Assembly (NCBI GenBank): GCA_902802825.1
Contig: CADCNV010000001.1
Location: 567-64,566, forward strand
From: an uncultured bacterium
GTDB taxonomy: Bacteria; Cyanobacteriota; Vampirovibrionia; Gastranaerophilales; Gastranaerophilaceae
DNA: 64,000 nt
Direction: 5' to 3'
Below, piece after piece: positions 35,471 through 46,446 of this stretch (positions are counted from its first letter, which is position 1; each line of letters opens with the position of its first letter). The position numbers and the translations under genes were made by a program. The notes under the pieces were generated by a model. It was not told the origin of the DNA, made no database searches, and saw only the letters and a list, made by a program, of their open reading frames with translations.

Positions 35471-37375
35471 TTATGAAAAATTACGGCTGTTTTTTACCCG
35501 TTCCATAATCTGTGCAAATTCTTGTTCATCAATTGTTTCTTTGTCTAAAAGTTCTTTTGAAATTGCTTCAAGCATATCTCTGTTTTCGTTTAATAATCTT
35601 TTAGCAAGTTCATATCTTTCTTCAACAATATTTTTAATTTCTTCGTCTATTTCGTAAGCAATTTGTTCGGAGTAATCTCTCTGATGCCCAAAATCTCTGC
35701 CCATAAAGACATTTTCCTGATTTTTACCGTAAGCCATAGGCCCTAACTTATCGCTCATACCCCATGCAGTAACCATCTTGCGCGCCATATCTGTTACATT
35801 AATCAAATCCTGAGAAGCACCTGTTGATACTTCATTTTTGCCATAAACAATTTCTTCAGCCGCACGACCGCCTAACGATACTGCAATTTTTGCTAACAAT
35901 TTTGCTTTACTTACATGTACACTTTCATCTTTTGGTCTTGTCCATGTTACACCTAAAGCCATTCCGCGCGGTATAATTGAAACTTTATGCAATTCGTTTG
36001 CATCAGGCAAAAGCTTGTCTATCAATGCATGCCCTACTTCGTGATATGAAGTTAATTCTTTATCTTTATCGGTTAATACACGACTTTTCTTTTCAACCCC
36101 GGCAATTACACGGTCTATTGAAACATCGACATCTTCCATATTGATTTTATCCTTGTTTTTGCGTGCTGCAAGGAGTGCTGATTCATTCAATAAATTCTGC
36201 AAATCTGCACCTGTAAATCCCGGGGTACGTTTTGCAAGAATTTTTAAATCAACATCACTATCAAGTTTTTTGTTTTTTGCGTGTACTTCCAAAATTTGTT
36301 CTCTGCCTTTGACATCAGGAGCATTGATATAAATTTGTCTGTCAAATCTTCCCGGTCTTAAAAGTGCATTATCCAAAATATCAGGTCTGTTCGTAGCTGC
36401 AATTACAATAATATTTGTATTGGCATCAAATCCGTCCATTTCAACAAGCAATTGGTTCAGGGTTTGTTCTCTTTCGTCATGCCCCCCGCCAAGACCGGCG
36501 CCGCGCTGACGTCCGACAGCATCAATTTCGTCAATAAATATAATACATGGCTGATGTTTTTTTGCCTGTTCAAACAAATCACGAACACGGCTTGCACCTA
36601 CGCCCACAAACATTTCAACAAAATCTGAACCGGAAATTGAGAAGAAAGGAACATTTGCTTCTCCTGCAACGGCCTTTGCCATCAATGTTTTACCTGTTCC
36701 GGGAGGCCCTACAAGCAAAACTCCTTTTGGAATTTTTGCTCCGAGTTTCATGTATTTTTCACCGTTTTTCAGGAAATCAACGATTTCTTCAAGTTCTTTT
36801 TTCTCTTCATCAATCCCTGCAACATCTTTAAATGTTGTTTTGACTTTACTGTCTAACAACATTTTTGCTTTGCTTTTACCAAATGACATTGCCTGAGAAC
36901 CGCCTGCCTGAATGGCTTTTATCATTAAGCCAAGTGAAATGACAGCAAATAAAACGATTAAAAACGTCCCGATATTACCTAAAAGCTGGCCGGATTCCTG
37001 TGTTTTTTTGACCGTAACATCAGCTCCGGATTCATTTAATTTATCCATCAGAGTTTCATCGCTTGCCGGTATTTGCACCTTATATTGGTATAATGGCGCT
37101 TTATTTGCCATATCAGGAGATAAAAACGGGGAATTTATATTTATTTCTTCTTCCTGTTTTTTTTCTTGTTTTGGCTGATTCACAGGAACTGCAATTATCA
37201 TATCGTCATATTTCTCAATTCTTGAAAATTCTTTGTTTTCAAGCATTGAAAGAAATTTTGTATATGATATTTCAGAAGTATTTGTATTAGGACCTGTCAC
37301 AAAAATTGTGGACATAAATACCACAACAATTATTGCAAGTATTATATATAACCCCGTAGATTGACTTTTATTCAT
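35471..37375 (-). CDS. ftsH: ATP-dependent zinc metalloprotease FtsH
   Basis: Walker [12 protein letters not shown] region, HEVGHAL zinc site, N-terminal TM segments. Confidence 0.95.
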   Translation of the reverse strand: MNKSQSTGLYIILAIIVVVFMSTIFVTGPNTNTSEISYTKFLSMLENKEFSRIEKYDDMIIAVPVNQPKQEKKQEEEININSPFLSPDMANKAPLYQYKVQIPASDETLMDKLNESGADVTVKKTQESGQLLGNIGTFLIVLFAVISLGLMIKAIQAGGSQAMSFGKSKAKMLLDSKVKTTFKDVAGIDEEKKELEEIVDFLKNGEKYMKLGAKIPKGVLLVGPPGTGKTLMAKAVAGEANVPFFSISGSDFVEMFVGVGASRVRDLFEQAKKHQPCIIFIDEIDAVGRQRGAGLGGGHDEREQTLNQLLVEMDGFDANTNIIVIAATNRPDILDNALLRPGRFDRQIYINAPDVKGREQILEVHAKNKKLDSDVDLKILAKRTPGFTGADLQNLLNESALLAARKNKDKINMEDVDVSIDRVIAGVEKKSRVLTDKDKELTSYHEVGHALIDKLLPDANELHKVSIIPRGMALGVTWTRPKDESVHVSKAKLLAKIAVSLGGRAAEEIVYGKNEVSTGASQDLINVTDMARKMVTAWGMSDKLGPMAYGKNQENVFMGRDFGHQRDYSEQIAYEIDEEIKNIVEERYELAKRLLNENRDMLEAISKELLDKETIDEQEFAQIMERVKNSRNFS

Positions 37376-37479
37376 ATAAATATAACCTTTCCAAAAATAA
37401 TCTATGTATTTACTGTAAAGATTATAACTTAAAAAGATAAAAATGTGAAATAAACAGTTTGAACTTATTCAGATTGTAA

Positions 37480-38721
37480 TTATTTTGTATATAAATCTAT
37501 GTCTTCGTCAGTAATCATTTCAGTCACTGCGACAAGAATTTTGTGTTCATCAAGTTTAATTCCGCCCAAAATACCCTTTTGTTCCAAATCAGATAAAAAT
37601 TTACCGGAATCATCAACTTCTATAACAAATTCGTTAAAGAAATTTTTATTCAAAACTTTAATTCCTTTGTCTTGTAATTTTTTTGCGAGTTTATGAGCAT
37701 TCAGTGTTGACAGGTATCCTGCCTGATAAAATCCTTTTTCTCCCATAACAGAAAGATAAAGATTTGCGCATAATCCGATTAATGCCTGATTTGAGCATAT
37801 ATTACTTGTTGCTTTTTCACGTTTTATGTGCTGTTCTCTTGTTTGAATCGTGAGGCAAAAAGCTTGTTTACCTTCTTTATCCGTTGTTCTTCCTGCAAGT
37901 CGTCCTGGTAATTGGCGCATAAATTTTTCTTTGCATGCAACAAAACCGGCTGTCGGTCCGCCGAAATTCATAGGAATACCAAGTGTCTGAATGTCCCCTA
38001 CAACTATGTCTGCACCGTATTCACTCGGCGGTTTGAGAATTGAAAGTGTTGATACATCAGTGCATACTACAAGCAGGCAATCTTCATTCTTTTTCGGTTC
38101 AATTATTTCTCCGTAATAATTTGGAGTTTGTACCAAAACGCATGCGTAATCTTTTGCTTCCTGAGGAATTTCATCAACCCAATCTACTTCTATGTTTTGT
38201 GAATATGTATAGGTTTTTATTACTTCTTTGTATTCAGGATTAATCGAGTTTAAGACACAAACTTTGTATTTTTTTGCTATACGGCAGGCCATTAAAATTG
38301 CCTCCGCACAAGCTGTCCCGCCGTCGTATACTGTTGCATTGGAAATATCCATTCCTGTCAGACGGCAAATCATTGTTTGGAATTCGTACATAACCTGTAA
38401 TGTGCCTTGCGAAATTTCCGGCTGATAAGGGGTATAAGCAGTATTAAATTCAAATCTGCCTGCAACCTGTGCTATGCATGCAGGAACAAATTTATTATAT
38501 ATTCCTCCCCCCATAAAGTTAATGTAATCTGATTTATTTTCTCGGGCTAGTTTTTTTACCTGTCTTTGGGTTTCCATTTCGCTTAAACCGTCAGGCAGAT
38601 TTAATTCTTTCATTCGTATTTCTTGCGGAATTTGCTTAAATAAATCTTCAACATTGTTTACCCCGATTTCGGAGCACATTTCCTTTATTGTTTCTTCGTT
38701 ATGTACTAAAAAGTTTTTCAT
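37480..38721 (-). CDS. gcvPA: Glycine dehydrogenase (decarboxylating) subunit 1
   Basis: 413 aa. YTPYQPEISQG motif. No gcvPB follows. Confidence 0.85.
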   Translation of the reverse strand: MKNFLVHNEETIKEMCSEIGVNNVEDLFKQIPQEIRMKELNLPDGLSEMETQRQVKKLARENKSDYINFMGGGIYNKFVPACIAQVAGRFEFNTAYTPYQPEISQGTLQVMYEFQTMICRLTGMDISNATVYDGGTACAEAILMACRIAKKYKVCVLNSINPEYKEVIKTYTYSQNIEVDWVDEIPQEAKDYACVLVQTPNYYGEIIEPKKNEDCLLVVCTDVSTLSILKPPSEYGADIVVGDIQTLGIPMNFGGPTAGFVACKEKFMRQLPGRLAGRTTDKEGKQAFCLTIQTREQHIKREKATSNICSNQALIGLCANLYLSVMGEKGFYQAGYLSTLNAHKLAKKLQDKGIKVLNKNFFNEFVIEVDDSGKFLSDLEQKGILGGIKLDEHKILVAVTEMITDEDIDLYTK

Positions 38722-38724
38722 ATT

Positions 38725-39105
38725 CTAATCCAATTCTGATTTGTATTCATCGTAAGTCATTAAATCATCAAGTTCGCTATCCGCTGCATTTGATTCAATT
38801 TTAACAAGCCAGCCGCCCTCGTAGCAATCTTCATTCAATTTTTCGGGAGCATCAACTAATTCTTCGTTAACTTCAACAATTTTACCGCTAATTGGCATAT
38901 AAATTTCCGAAGCAGCTTTTACGGATTCAATATTTGCAAAAGTTTCTCCTTTTTCAAATTCATCTCCGACAGATGGTAATTCCAAAAATACAATATCTCC
39001 GAGCTGTTCAATTGCGTAATCTGTTAATCCGATTACATAATTACCGTTTTCTTTTACTGCATACTCGTGAGATTTTGTGCAATACATTTCATCTTTGTAA
39101 CTCAT
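38725..39105 (-). CDS. gcvH: Glycine cleavage system protein H
   Basis: Lipoyl-lysine motif ESVKAASE. 126 aa. Confidence 0.9.
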   Translation of the reverse strand: MSYKDEMYCTKSHEYAVKENGNYVIGLTDYAIEQLGDIVFLELPSVGDEFEKGETFANIESVKAASEIYMPISGKIVEVNEELVDAPEKLNEDCYEGGWLVKIESNAADSELDDLMTYDEYKSELD

Positions 39106-39126
39106 TTATCATACTCCTTTATATGT

Positions 39127-40227
39127 TTATACTTTATTTCTTTTTTGTACAAAAGGTCTTTTGACTACTTTTGCATCATGTAATTTTTCTCTTATCATAA
39201 TCTGAATGGTTGTATCTGTGCAAATATCAGGAATATTTTTCACATAGGCCATCCCGATATTTTTCTCTGCTGTTGGTGCAACGCCGCCGCTTGTCACTTC
39301 TCCGACTTTTTCTCCGTTGAAATAAACTTCATATTCGTGACGGGGGATGTTTCTGTCAAGCATTTCAAAACCGATAAGTTTTTTGTCTGTTCCGTTTTGT
39401 ATTTGGTTCATAATTACTTCTTTCCCGTTGTAATCCTGCACTTTGTCTTTTGGAACAGACCAGCTTAATCCTGCCTCAATCGGTGTTGTGTTTTCATTTA
39501 AATCATTCCCGTACAGATGAAGTCCTGCTTCTAATCTCAGTGTATCTCTTGCTCCGAGTCCGATAGGTTTTATGCCGAATTCCTGTCCTTTTTCCAGCAT
39601 TTTGTCCCATAAAAACTCGGACAATTCGTTTTCTGCAAGAATTTCAAACCCGTCTTCGCCCGTATAACCCGTACGCGAGACTAAAAGTTTAATTCCTTCA
39701 ATATCTGCGGATTTTATAGTGAATGATTTTTGGTCTTCAATGTTATAACCCATTTTTTGCATCAAATTTATTGCTTTTGGACCTTGTACGGCGATAAGAG
39801 AATAATTGTGCGATTGATTGTCTATTTCAACGTCAAATCCTCTTGCATTTAATGAAAGCCAATTTATATCTTCATCAATTCTTGATGCATTGCAGATAAT
39901 AAGATAATTTTCAATTCCTAATTTATATATAATTAAATCATCGACCAACCCGCCGTTTTCTTTTGTCAATTGGCAGTATACAGCTTTTTCATAAGGAAGT
40001 TTATCTATACATTGAGGAACTACTTTATTTAAAAATGCAGTTGCGTCATTTCCCGAGATAAAAACTTCTCCCATGTGTGAAACATCAAAAACTCCCAATT
40101 TTTCGCGTACCGTTTTGTGTTCTTCAATTATTGAAGAATATTGTACGGGCATGTGCCATCCTGCAAAATCGACCATTTTAGCACCGAGCGCGACATGTTT
40201 GTCATGTAAATAAGTTTGTTTAACCAT
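39127..40227 (-). CDS. gcvT: Glycine cleavage system aminomethyltransferase T
   Basis: LHDKHVALGAKMVDFAGWHMPVQY. ATG 40227 has a gaggga SD, so it is preferred over the listed start at 40248. Confidence 0.9.
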   Translation of the reverse strand: MVKQTYLHDKHVALGAKMVDFAGWHMPVQYSSIIEEHKTVREKLGVFDVSHMGEVFISGNDATAFLNKVVPQCIDKLPYEKAVYCQLTKENGGLVDDLIIYKLGIENYLIICNASRIDEDINWLSLNARGFDVEIDNQSHNYSLIAVQGPKAINLMQKMGYNIEDQKSFTIKSADIEGIKLLVSRTGYTGEDGFEILAENELSEFLWDKMLEKGQEFGIKPIGLGARDTLRLEAGLHLYGNDLNENTTPIEAGLSWSVPKDKVQDYNGKEVIMNQIQNGTDKKLIGFEMLDRNIPRHEYEVYFNGEKVGEVTSGGVAPTAEKNIGMAYVKNIPDICTDTTIQIMIREKLHDAKVVKRPFVQKRNKV

Positions 40228-40258
40228 AATTTTATATCCCTCTGTCATGTTTTATTGT

Positions 40259-40298
40259 CTGATTATAAGTTAATTTTGTCAAGAGAAATTATAATCAG
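40259..40298. promoter_or_regulatory. 10-bp inverted repeat in the gcvT / 40331 divergent control region
   Basis: ctgattataa (40259-40268) and ttataatcag (40289-40298) flank a ttgaca-containing 20-nt spacer. Confidence 0.3.
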
Positions 40299-40330
40299 GT
40301 CTGCTTGCCTTTTTTTTATCAGCGAATACC

Positions 40331-41641
40331 ATGAATAAGATTATGGATTGTAAAAAAGTATCAAATGCATTACCCTTTAAAGGGATAAGTTTATATAATG
40401 CGACATCTTATGTCCAGGATCACACCCTGATAAATAGGGGGATAACTACTCTTGGCGGCAGTACATTCCCTCAGTGTGTTATGTCAAATAACAAGTATGA
40501 AGCGCAGGAGCGTGCCCTGATGGGCGGAATATATTTTGTCGCTTCATATTTAACCCCAATTTTATTAATTCCGCTATATAACAAGCATTTTCTGAAAAAT
40601 AAAGGTGTAATAAAAAATCTTGATGATGCGGGTAAGAAAATAATTCAGGTATCAAAAAAATACCTTACTCCTGATGCGAATTTAAAAAAGGGGTTAGAAG
40701 AAAGCGCAAAAATTTTTGATAAAAAATTAGGCACAAATAAATATCAAAAGGCATTTGAAGAAATTTATAACAGATATAATAATCCGGAAAAGCTGAAAAA
40801 AGATTTGCTTTCTGTTCACGAAAAAATTTTGATGACTGATTTTATTACAACAGGTGCAATGTGGTCTGCAATTCCGTGGATTGCAACCGAGTTCACCCAG
40901 CACAGAACAAAACGCAAAGATTTTTCTGCCGGCTTTGAACTAAAGCAGGAAAAAAATATATCCGACAAAGAAAATAAAAAATCCAAACTTAAAAAATTAG
41001 CTTGGAATATTGCATTTTCTATTATTCCGGGGATACTTTTTGCAAAAACAATTACAAATGGCTTAAGTTCAAAAAGCGTAAATCCGATACTGAAAAAAAT
41101 TGCTGATAATCCGCGCAATTTTGATTATACATCAGGAACAAATATGTCAAAAACTATTTATGCTGCAATATGGGTTTTATCAAGTTTTCCTGCAAAACTG
41201 ATTTCTTCGAGGGATTCAAATGAACGTAAAGACAGAGCTTTAAGAGATATTGGGCTGTTTACAATGTTCTTTGGCGGGGATTTTCTTATTAATAATATCG
41301 CAGGCAGAATGGCAGATAAGATATTTGGAACTAAGATTATGGATGATAAAGGGCGGAATTTGAATTTTATTCAAAAATTTAAAATGCCGCTGAAAAATTT
41401 CAGAACTTTGGAACAATCAAATGATATTACTGTCGAATTATTGAAAAAAACAAAATCTATCGGGGCGGGATTGTATTGGTTCTCGCTGCTTGCAAATACC
41501 GCATTGATTGGTTTTGCTCTCCCAAAGGTGCTTAATAAGTTTCTCCGTCATAATATAGAAAAGGAAAAGCAGCAAGAATTCGGGAATTCAGCTCCGACTT
41601 TCCGCGGTAAAATTTCTATGGAAAAGTTTTTGGCTAAATAA
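40331..41641 (+). CDS. Hypothetical polytopic membrane protein
   Basis: 436-aa ORF with several TM segments and Lys-rich loops. No family recognised. Confidence 0.55.
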   Translation: MNKIMDCKKVSNALPFKGISLYNATSYVQDHTLINRGITTLGGSTFPQCVMSNNKYEAQERALMGGIYFVASYLTPILLIPLYNKHFLKNKGVIKNLDDAGKKIIQVSKKYLTPDANLKKGLEESAKIFDKKLGTNKYQKAFEEIYNRYNNPEKLKKDLLSVHEKILMTDFITTGAMWSAIPWIATEFTQHRTKRKDFSAGFELKQEKNISDKENKKSKLKKLAWNIAFSIIPGILFAKTITNGLSSKSVNPILKKIADNPRNFDYTSGTNMSKTIYAAIWVLSSFPAKLISSRDSNERKDRALRDIGLFTMFFGGDFLINNIAGRMADKIFGTKIMDDKGRNLNFIQKFKMPLKNFRTLEQSNDITVELLKKTKSIGAGLYWFSLLANTALIGFALPKVLNKFLRHNIEKEKQQEFGNSAPTFRGKISMEKFLAK

Positions 41642-41745
41642 ATTAATTTGATTTTTTAACATTTTTCTCGTACATTAATATTAATTGTTGTTGTTTAAAC
41701 AACAGTTGTGGGTTAAATGAGACAAATGAAGGAATAGGAGCGAGA

Positions 41746-42243
41746 ATGATGGAAGAAAATTCTCGTAAAATCGACACAAAGAAATTGGATTCAATTATTG
41801 AAGCTTGCGGCGGAGATAAGTCCCATTTGATAGCGATTTTACAAAAAGTACAGGAAGAATACAAATATCTGCCTGAAGATGCGTTGATTTACATAGGAAC
41901 AAAGATTGAAGGGCTATCTCCAGCAACGGTCTATGGTGTTGCAACATTTTATGCCCAATTTTCTTTGGATCCGAAAGGTAAATATGAAATTAAAGTATGT
42001 GACGGAACAGCATGTCACGTCCGTGGTTCAATGCCTGTTTTGAACGCAATCAAAGCACATTTAAAACTTGAAGAAGGTAAAATGACAACTTCTGACGGAT
42101 TGTTTTCTTTGGAAACAGTCAGTTGCCTAGGGGCTTGCGGGCTTGCACCTGTCTGCGTAATCAACGGTAAAGTTTACCCGCAAATGACATCTGATGCTGT
42201 CAAAATAGTTTTAGACACTCTTTTAAAGCAGGAAAGAGGTTAG
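41746..42243 (+). CDS. hydC: NuoE-like [2Fe-2S] subunit of NAD(P)-dependent [FeFe]-hydrogenase
   Basis: Thioredoxin-like 2Fe-2S Cys pattern CDGTAC...SCLGACGLAP. Confidence 0.85.
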   Translation: MMEENSRKIDTKKLDSIIEACGGDKSHLIAILQKVQEEYKYLPEDALIYIGTKIEGLSPATVYGVATFYAQFSLDPKGKYEIKVCDGTACHVRGSMPVLNAIKAHLKLEEGKMTTSDGLFSLETVSCLGACGLAPVCVINGKVYPQMTSDAVKIVLDTLLKQERG

Positions 42244-42247
42244 AGAT

Positions 42248-44101
42248 ATGGCAAATTTGAATATTGATATAAAAAATGAGCAGGAAAGAGCTCGTGAAGA
42301 AATAAAAAAACAGGGTTTCAGAGTTCTTGTATGTGCCGGTACCGGTTGTGTTGCAAACGGTTCTTTGCAGATTATAGAAAAGTTTAAAGAACTTGGTGCT
42401 GATGTATCTGTAATGTCCGATTATGACAAGGTTACAATCGTTCCGACAGGATGCCACGGTTTTTGTGAACAGGGTGTTTTGGTAGTATTCCCTGATTTGG
42501 ATTTGACTTATGTGAAAGTCCGCCTTAACGATGTTGAAGAAATTTATGAAGCACTGAAAAATAATCAGGTGGTAGAAAGACTTTTATACACAGATCCGCA
42601 TACAAATGAAAAAGTTCGCAAAAATGAAGACATCAACTTCTATGCAAAGCAAACCCGTACGGCTCTTGCTAACTGCGGGGAGATGAATGCTGAAAGCATT
42701 GATGAAGCAGTTGCATTGCGTGCTTATGAAGCATTATCAAAAGTGTTAACTGAAGGTAATCCTGATGCAGTAATTGATGAAATTATTAAATCCGGATTAC
42801 GAGGCAGAGGGGGCGGCGGCTTTCCGACAGGTCAAAAATGGAAATTCACTGCGGCAAATAAAGGCGGAAAGTCTTATGTTGTGTGTAACGGTGATGAAGG
42901 TGACCCCGGTGCATTTATGGATCGTTCTGTTATGGAAGGTGACCCGCACAAACTTCTTGAAGGTATTGCTATTGCTGCTTATGCGGTTGGTGCAGACGAA
43001 GCATATATTTATGTCCGTGCCGAATACCCGCTTGCAATCAAGCGTTTAAGAAGGGCCATTGCTCAGGCGGAAGAAAGACACTTCTTGGGCGAAAATATTA
43101 TGGGTTCCGAGTTTAACCTCACTATTCATATCAAAGAAGGTGCCGGAGCATTTGTTTGCGGTGAAGAAACAGCATTAATTGCATCAATTGAAGGTGAAAG
43201 AGGTATGCCAAGACCAAAACCTCCATTCCCTGCGAATAAAGGTTTATTTGGCAGACCGACATTAATTAATAACGTCGAAACTTTGGCTAACGTACCTGTC
43301 ATTATTTTAAAAGGTGCAGATTGGTTTAGTTCCATGGGTACAGAAACTTCTAAAGGAACAAAGACATTTGCTCTTACAGGTGAAGTTAACAATACCGGCT
43401 TAATCGAAGTACCGATGGGAACGACATTAAGAGAGATCGTATTTGATATCGGCGGCGGAATCCGTGGCGGCAAGAAATTTAAAGCCGTTCAGATTGGTGG
43501 TCCGTCAGGCGGATGTTTAACAGAAGAACATTTAGACATCCCGATGGATTACGATAACTTAATTAAAGCAGGTGCGATGGTCGGTTCAGGCGGGCTTGTT
43601 GTAATGGCTGAAGATACCTGTATCGTTGAAGTTGCAAGATTCTTTATGAACTTTACGCAAAACGAATCATGCGGCAAGTGTGTTCCTTGCAGAGAAGGTA
43701 CAAAAAATATGTTAAAAATCCTGCAAAAAATTGTTGCAGGCAAAGCAACAATGAAGGATTTGGATTTGTTGGAAGAAATTGCCCATACGATTAAGGACGG
43801 TTCTTTATGTGGTTTGGGTAAAACTGCTCCGAATCCCGTACTTTCAACATTAAAATATTTCAGAGATGAATATATTGCACATATCAGGGATCATAAATGC
43901 CCTGCAGGTGTTTGTACAGCAATGAAAAAGATTGTTATTCAGGAAGATCTTTGTAAGGGTTGTACAAAATGTGCAAGAAATTGTCCGGTCGAAGCAATTT
44001 CAGGAGAAATTAAACAACCGCATCACATTGATCAGTCTAAATGTATTAAATGTGAAGCGTGTCTGAAAAATTGTCCGTTCAAGGCAATAGTTTTGGAATA
44101 A
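42248..44101 (+). CDS. hydB: NuoF-like flavoprotein subunit of [FeFe]-hydrogenase
   Basis: GLRGRGGGGFPTG FMN/NADH motifs, ESCGKCVPCREG, and a C-terminal 2x[4Fe-4S] ferredoxin domain. Confidence 0.9.
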   Translation: MANLNIDIKNEQERAREEIKKQGFRVLVCAGTGCVANGSLQIIEKFKELGADVSVMSDYDKVTIVPTGCHGFCEQGVLVVFPDLDLTYVKVRLNDVEEIYEALKNNQVVERLLYTDPHTNEKVRKNEDINFYAKQTRTALANCGEMNAESIDEAVALRAYEALSKVLTEGNPDAVIDEIIKSGLRGRGGGGFPTGQKWKFTAANKGGKSYVVCNGDEGDPGAFMDRSVMEGDPHKLLEGIAIAAYAVGADEAYIYVRAEYPLAIKRLRRAIAQAEERHFLGENIMGSEFNLTIHIKEGAGAFVCGEETALIASIEGERGMPRPKPPFPANKGLFGRPTLINNVETLANVPVIILKGADWFSSMGTETSKGTKTFALTGEVNNTGLIEVPMGTTLREIVFDIGGGIRGGKKFKAVQIGGPSGGCLTEEHLDIPMDYDNLIKAGAMVGSGGLVVMAEDTCIVEVARFFMNFTQNESCGKCVPCREGTKNMLKILQKIVAGKATMKDLDLLEEIAHTIKDGSLCGLGKTAPNPVLSTLKYFRDEYIAHIRDHKCPAGVCTAMKKIVIQEDLCKGCTKCARNCPVEAISGEIKQPHHIDQSKCIKCEACLKNCPFKAIVLE

Positions 44102-44117
44102 ATAAAGGAATAATAAA

Positions 44118-45881
44118 ATGACAGATAAGAAAACATTAATAATAGAAGGCAAAGAAGTTGAATTTACTGATGAACCGAATTTGCTTGAAGTTATCAGAAA
44201 AGCAGGGATGAATGTTCCTACATTCTGTTACCGTCCTGATTTGACTTCATTTGGGGCTTGCAGAATGTGTGTTGTTGAAGTTGAATATCCAAACGGAAGA
44301 AAAATTATCAACTCTTCATGCACGATGCCTCCGGAAGCAGGGATTAAAGTATATTTAAATACTGAAAAGGTACGTCGTATAAGAAAAACAGTCCTTGAAT
44401 TATTGTTAGCAAATCATGACAGAAAATGTTTAACTTGCGACAAATCCGGTGACTGCGAATTACAAAAATATGCAGAAGAATATAATATCAGAGATATTCG
44501 TTTCCCTGATAAAGCAGAAAAGGAATATTTGCCGATAGATGATTCAAGTCCTTCATTTGTTCGTGACCCGAATAAATGTATTCTTTGCGGAGCTTGTGTT
44601 CGAGCTTGTTCAGAGTTTCAGGGGCATTCTGTTTTGGGTTTTGCAAACAGAGGTTCTAAAACAAAAGTGCAACCGCTTAATGGCAGACCTATCGGTCAGG
44701 TTGACTGTATCAATTGCGGTCAGTGCGTTGCTGTTTGTCCGACGGGCGCTTTAACTATAAGAAATGAAGTTGATTTAGTCTGGGATCAGATTAATAATCC
44801 TGAAAAAACTGTGGTTGTTCAGATGGCACCGTCAGTTCGTGTTGCTTTAGGTGAAATGTTCGGACTTGAACCGGGTGAAAATACAATAGGTAAAATTAAT
44901 GCAGCTCTCAGACGGCTTGGCTTCAAATTTGTATTTGATACAAACTTCTCTGCTGACTTAACAATTTTGGAAGAAGCAACAGAATTTTTAGACAGATTAA
45001 AATCAGGTCAAAATTTACCGATATTTACATCATGCTGCCCTGCTTGGGTAAAATATTTGGAAACTTTACATCCTGATATGCTGCATCACTTGTCAACTTG
45101 CAAATCTCCGATGAGTATGATGTCATCGACATTGATTGATTTGATGCCGAAATATCACAATGTATCCAGAGAAAATCTTACAATTGTTGCAATTATGCCT
45201 TGTACTGCTAAAAAGTATGAAGCAAAACGTGAACAATTATACACAAACGGCAGACCTGACACCGATATTGTTCTTACAACAAAAGAACTTGGTGCAATGA
45301 TTAAAGGTGCAGGAATTGATTTCAAAAATATTGAGCCGGAATTAGCTGATTTGCCGTTTGGGGAATATTCAGGTGCCGGAACAATCTTTGGGGCATCAGG
45401 CGGTGTTGCGGAAGCTGCTGTAAGAACAGCTTACGAATACGTAACCGGGGAAGAGCTTAAAGATGTTGATATCAAAGAAATGAGAGGAACTTCAAATCGT
45501 TCTAAAACTGTCGAACTTGATATTAAAGGTACAAAAGTTGTTGTTCGTGTTGTTTCAACAATGGTTGAGGCAGAAAAAGCGCTTAAAGAAATCAAAGACG
45601 GAACAGCAAACTTCCAGATGTTAGAAGTTATGGCTTGCCCCGGCGGTTGTATCAACGGCGGCGGTCAGCCAAATAGTCACAATGATTCGTCAATTAAGGG
45701 TAAGCGTGCCTGCGGCCTTTATAAAGAAGATGCGGAACTTCCTGTTCGTAAATCTCACATGAATCCGTCGATTCAAAAACTTTATTCACAAGATTTTGAA
45801 CATCCGGGTTCACACAAAGCCCACGAATTGTTGCATACATCCTATCGCAACAAATACAATGGCTCATACAGAGATATATAA
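44118..45881 (+). CDS. hydA: [FeFe]-hydrogenase catalytic subunit
   Basis: N-terminal 2Fe-2S and 4Fe-4S domains. H-cluster motifs TSCCPAWV, MPCTAKKYE and MACPGGCINGGGQP. Confidence 0.9.
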   Translation: MTDKKTLIIEGKEVEFTDEPNLLEVIRKAGMNVPTFCYRPDLTSFGACRMCVVEVEYPNGRKIINSSCTMPPEAGIKVYLNTEKVRRIRKTVLELLLANHDRKCLTCDKSGDCELQKYAEEYNIRDIRFPDKAEKEYLPIDDSSPSFVRDPNKCILCGACVRACSEFQGHSVLGFANRGSKTKVQPLNGRPIGQVDCINCGQCVAVCPTGALTIRNEVDLVWDQINNPEKTVVVQMAPSVRVALGEMFGLEPGENTIGKINAALRRLGFKFVFDTNFSADLTILEEATEFLDRLKSGQNLPIFTSCCPAWVKYLETLHPDMLHHLSTCKSPMSMMSSTLIDLMPKYHNVSRENLTIVAIMPCTAKKYEAKREQLYTNGRPDTDIVLTTKELGAMIKGAGIDFKNIEPELADLPFGEYSGAGTIFGASGGVAEAAVRTAYEYVTGEELKDVDIKEMRGTSNRSKTVELDIKGTKVVVRVVSTMVEAEKALKEIKDGTANFQMLEVMACPGGCINGGGQPNSHNDSSIKGKRACGLYKEDAELPVRKSHMNPSIQKLYSQDFEHPGSHKAHELLHTSYRNKYNGSYRDI

Positions 45882-45895
45882 TTAAATAAAATAAG

Positions 45896-45930
45896 AATCG
45901 GGAATTTAGTATCATACTAAATTCCCGATT
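45896..45930. terminator. Bidirectional terminator hairpin 1
   Basis: aatcgggaatttagtat / c / atactaaattcccgatt. Confidence 0.7.
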
Positions 45931-45936
45931 TAATAA

Positions 45937-45968
45937 AAAAGACCTTTCATTAATATGAAAGGTCTTTT
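45937..45968. terminator. Bidirectional terminator hairpin 2
   Basis: aaaagacctttcat / taat / atgaaaggtctttt. Confidence 0.75.
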
Positions 45969-45990
45969 TATTTTACTATTTTTGTAAAAA

Positions 45991-46446
45991 TTACTTAATA
46001 ATTTTTGCAACTTCTGCTGTTATATCGGTTCCGCCATAAAGAACTATGCTCTTGCTTAAAACTACATTGTAGCCGTCAGCTTTTGCTTTTGCAGCAATCT
46101 GAGCTGAAATTGATTCATCAATGGCTTGCAATTTTGCTGCGTAATCCTTATCCATTTTTTCTTTTTTAGCTTGCAATTCTTTATTATATTTTTCTTCAGC
46201 TGCTTGTTTTTTCTTTGCATCAGAAATAGAAGCTACATCTTTTCTTGCTTTTTCAATAAACTGAACAATTTCTTTTGCTTTTGCTTGTTGATCTTTTTTC
46301 AATGCCTGAACCTGAGCTGAAGCATTTACTACAACAGGAACGTCAACTATTGCAACTGAAAAATCTGCAGCTTGTACAGCTGAACCGAATGTTAAACCAC
46401 CTAATAATGCAGCTGTTACTGCTAATGTGCTTAAAGTTTTTTTCAT
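45991..46446 (-). CDS. Skp/OmpH-like periplasmic chaperone (second copy)
   Basis: Signal peptide (AVQA|AD), VAIVDVPVVV..., then a Lys/Ala/Glu coiled coil. Confidence 0.75.
   Translation of the reverse strand: MKKTLSTLAVTAALLGGLTFGSAVQAADFSVAIVDVPVVVNASAQVQALKKDQQAKAKEIVQFIEKARKDVASISDAKKKQAAEEKYNKELQAKKEKMDKDYAAKLQAIDESISAQIAAKAKADGYNVVLSKSIVLYGGTDITAEVAKIIK

Noticed and set aside
40228-40330. Expected glycine riboswitch upstream of gcvT.
   Set aside because: The leader is only about 100 nt, is AT-rich, and shows none of the conserved glycine-aptamer cores I can recall. Only an inverted repeat is present.
41643-41864. 73-aa minus-strand ORF overlapping the hydC start.
   Set aside because: It overlaps the hydC 5' end and promoter region, has no SD, and its sequence looks like noise.
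41746-45881. The HydABC hydrogenase cluster as a candidate novel system.
   Set aside because: Gene order and motifs match the well-known trimeric NuoE/NuoF/[FeFe]-hydrogenase (electron-bifurcating type). Nothing atypical was seen.
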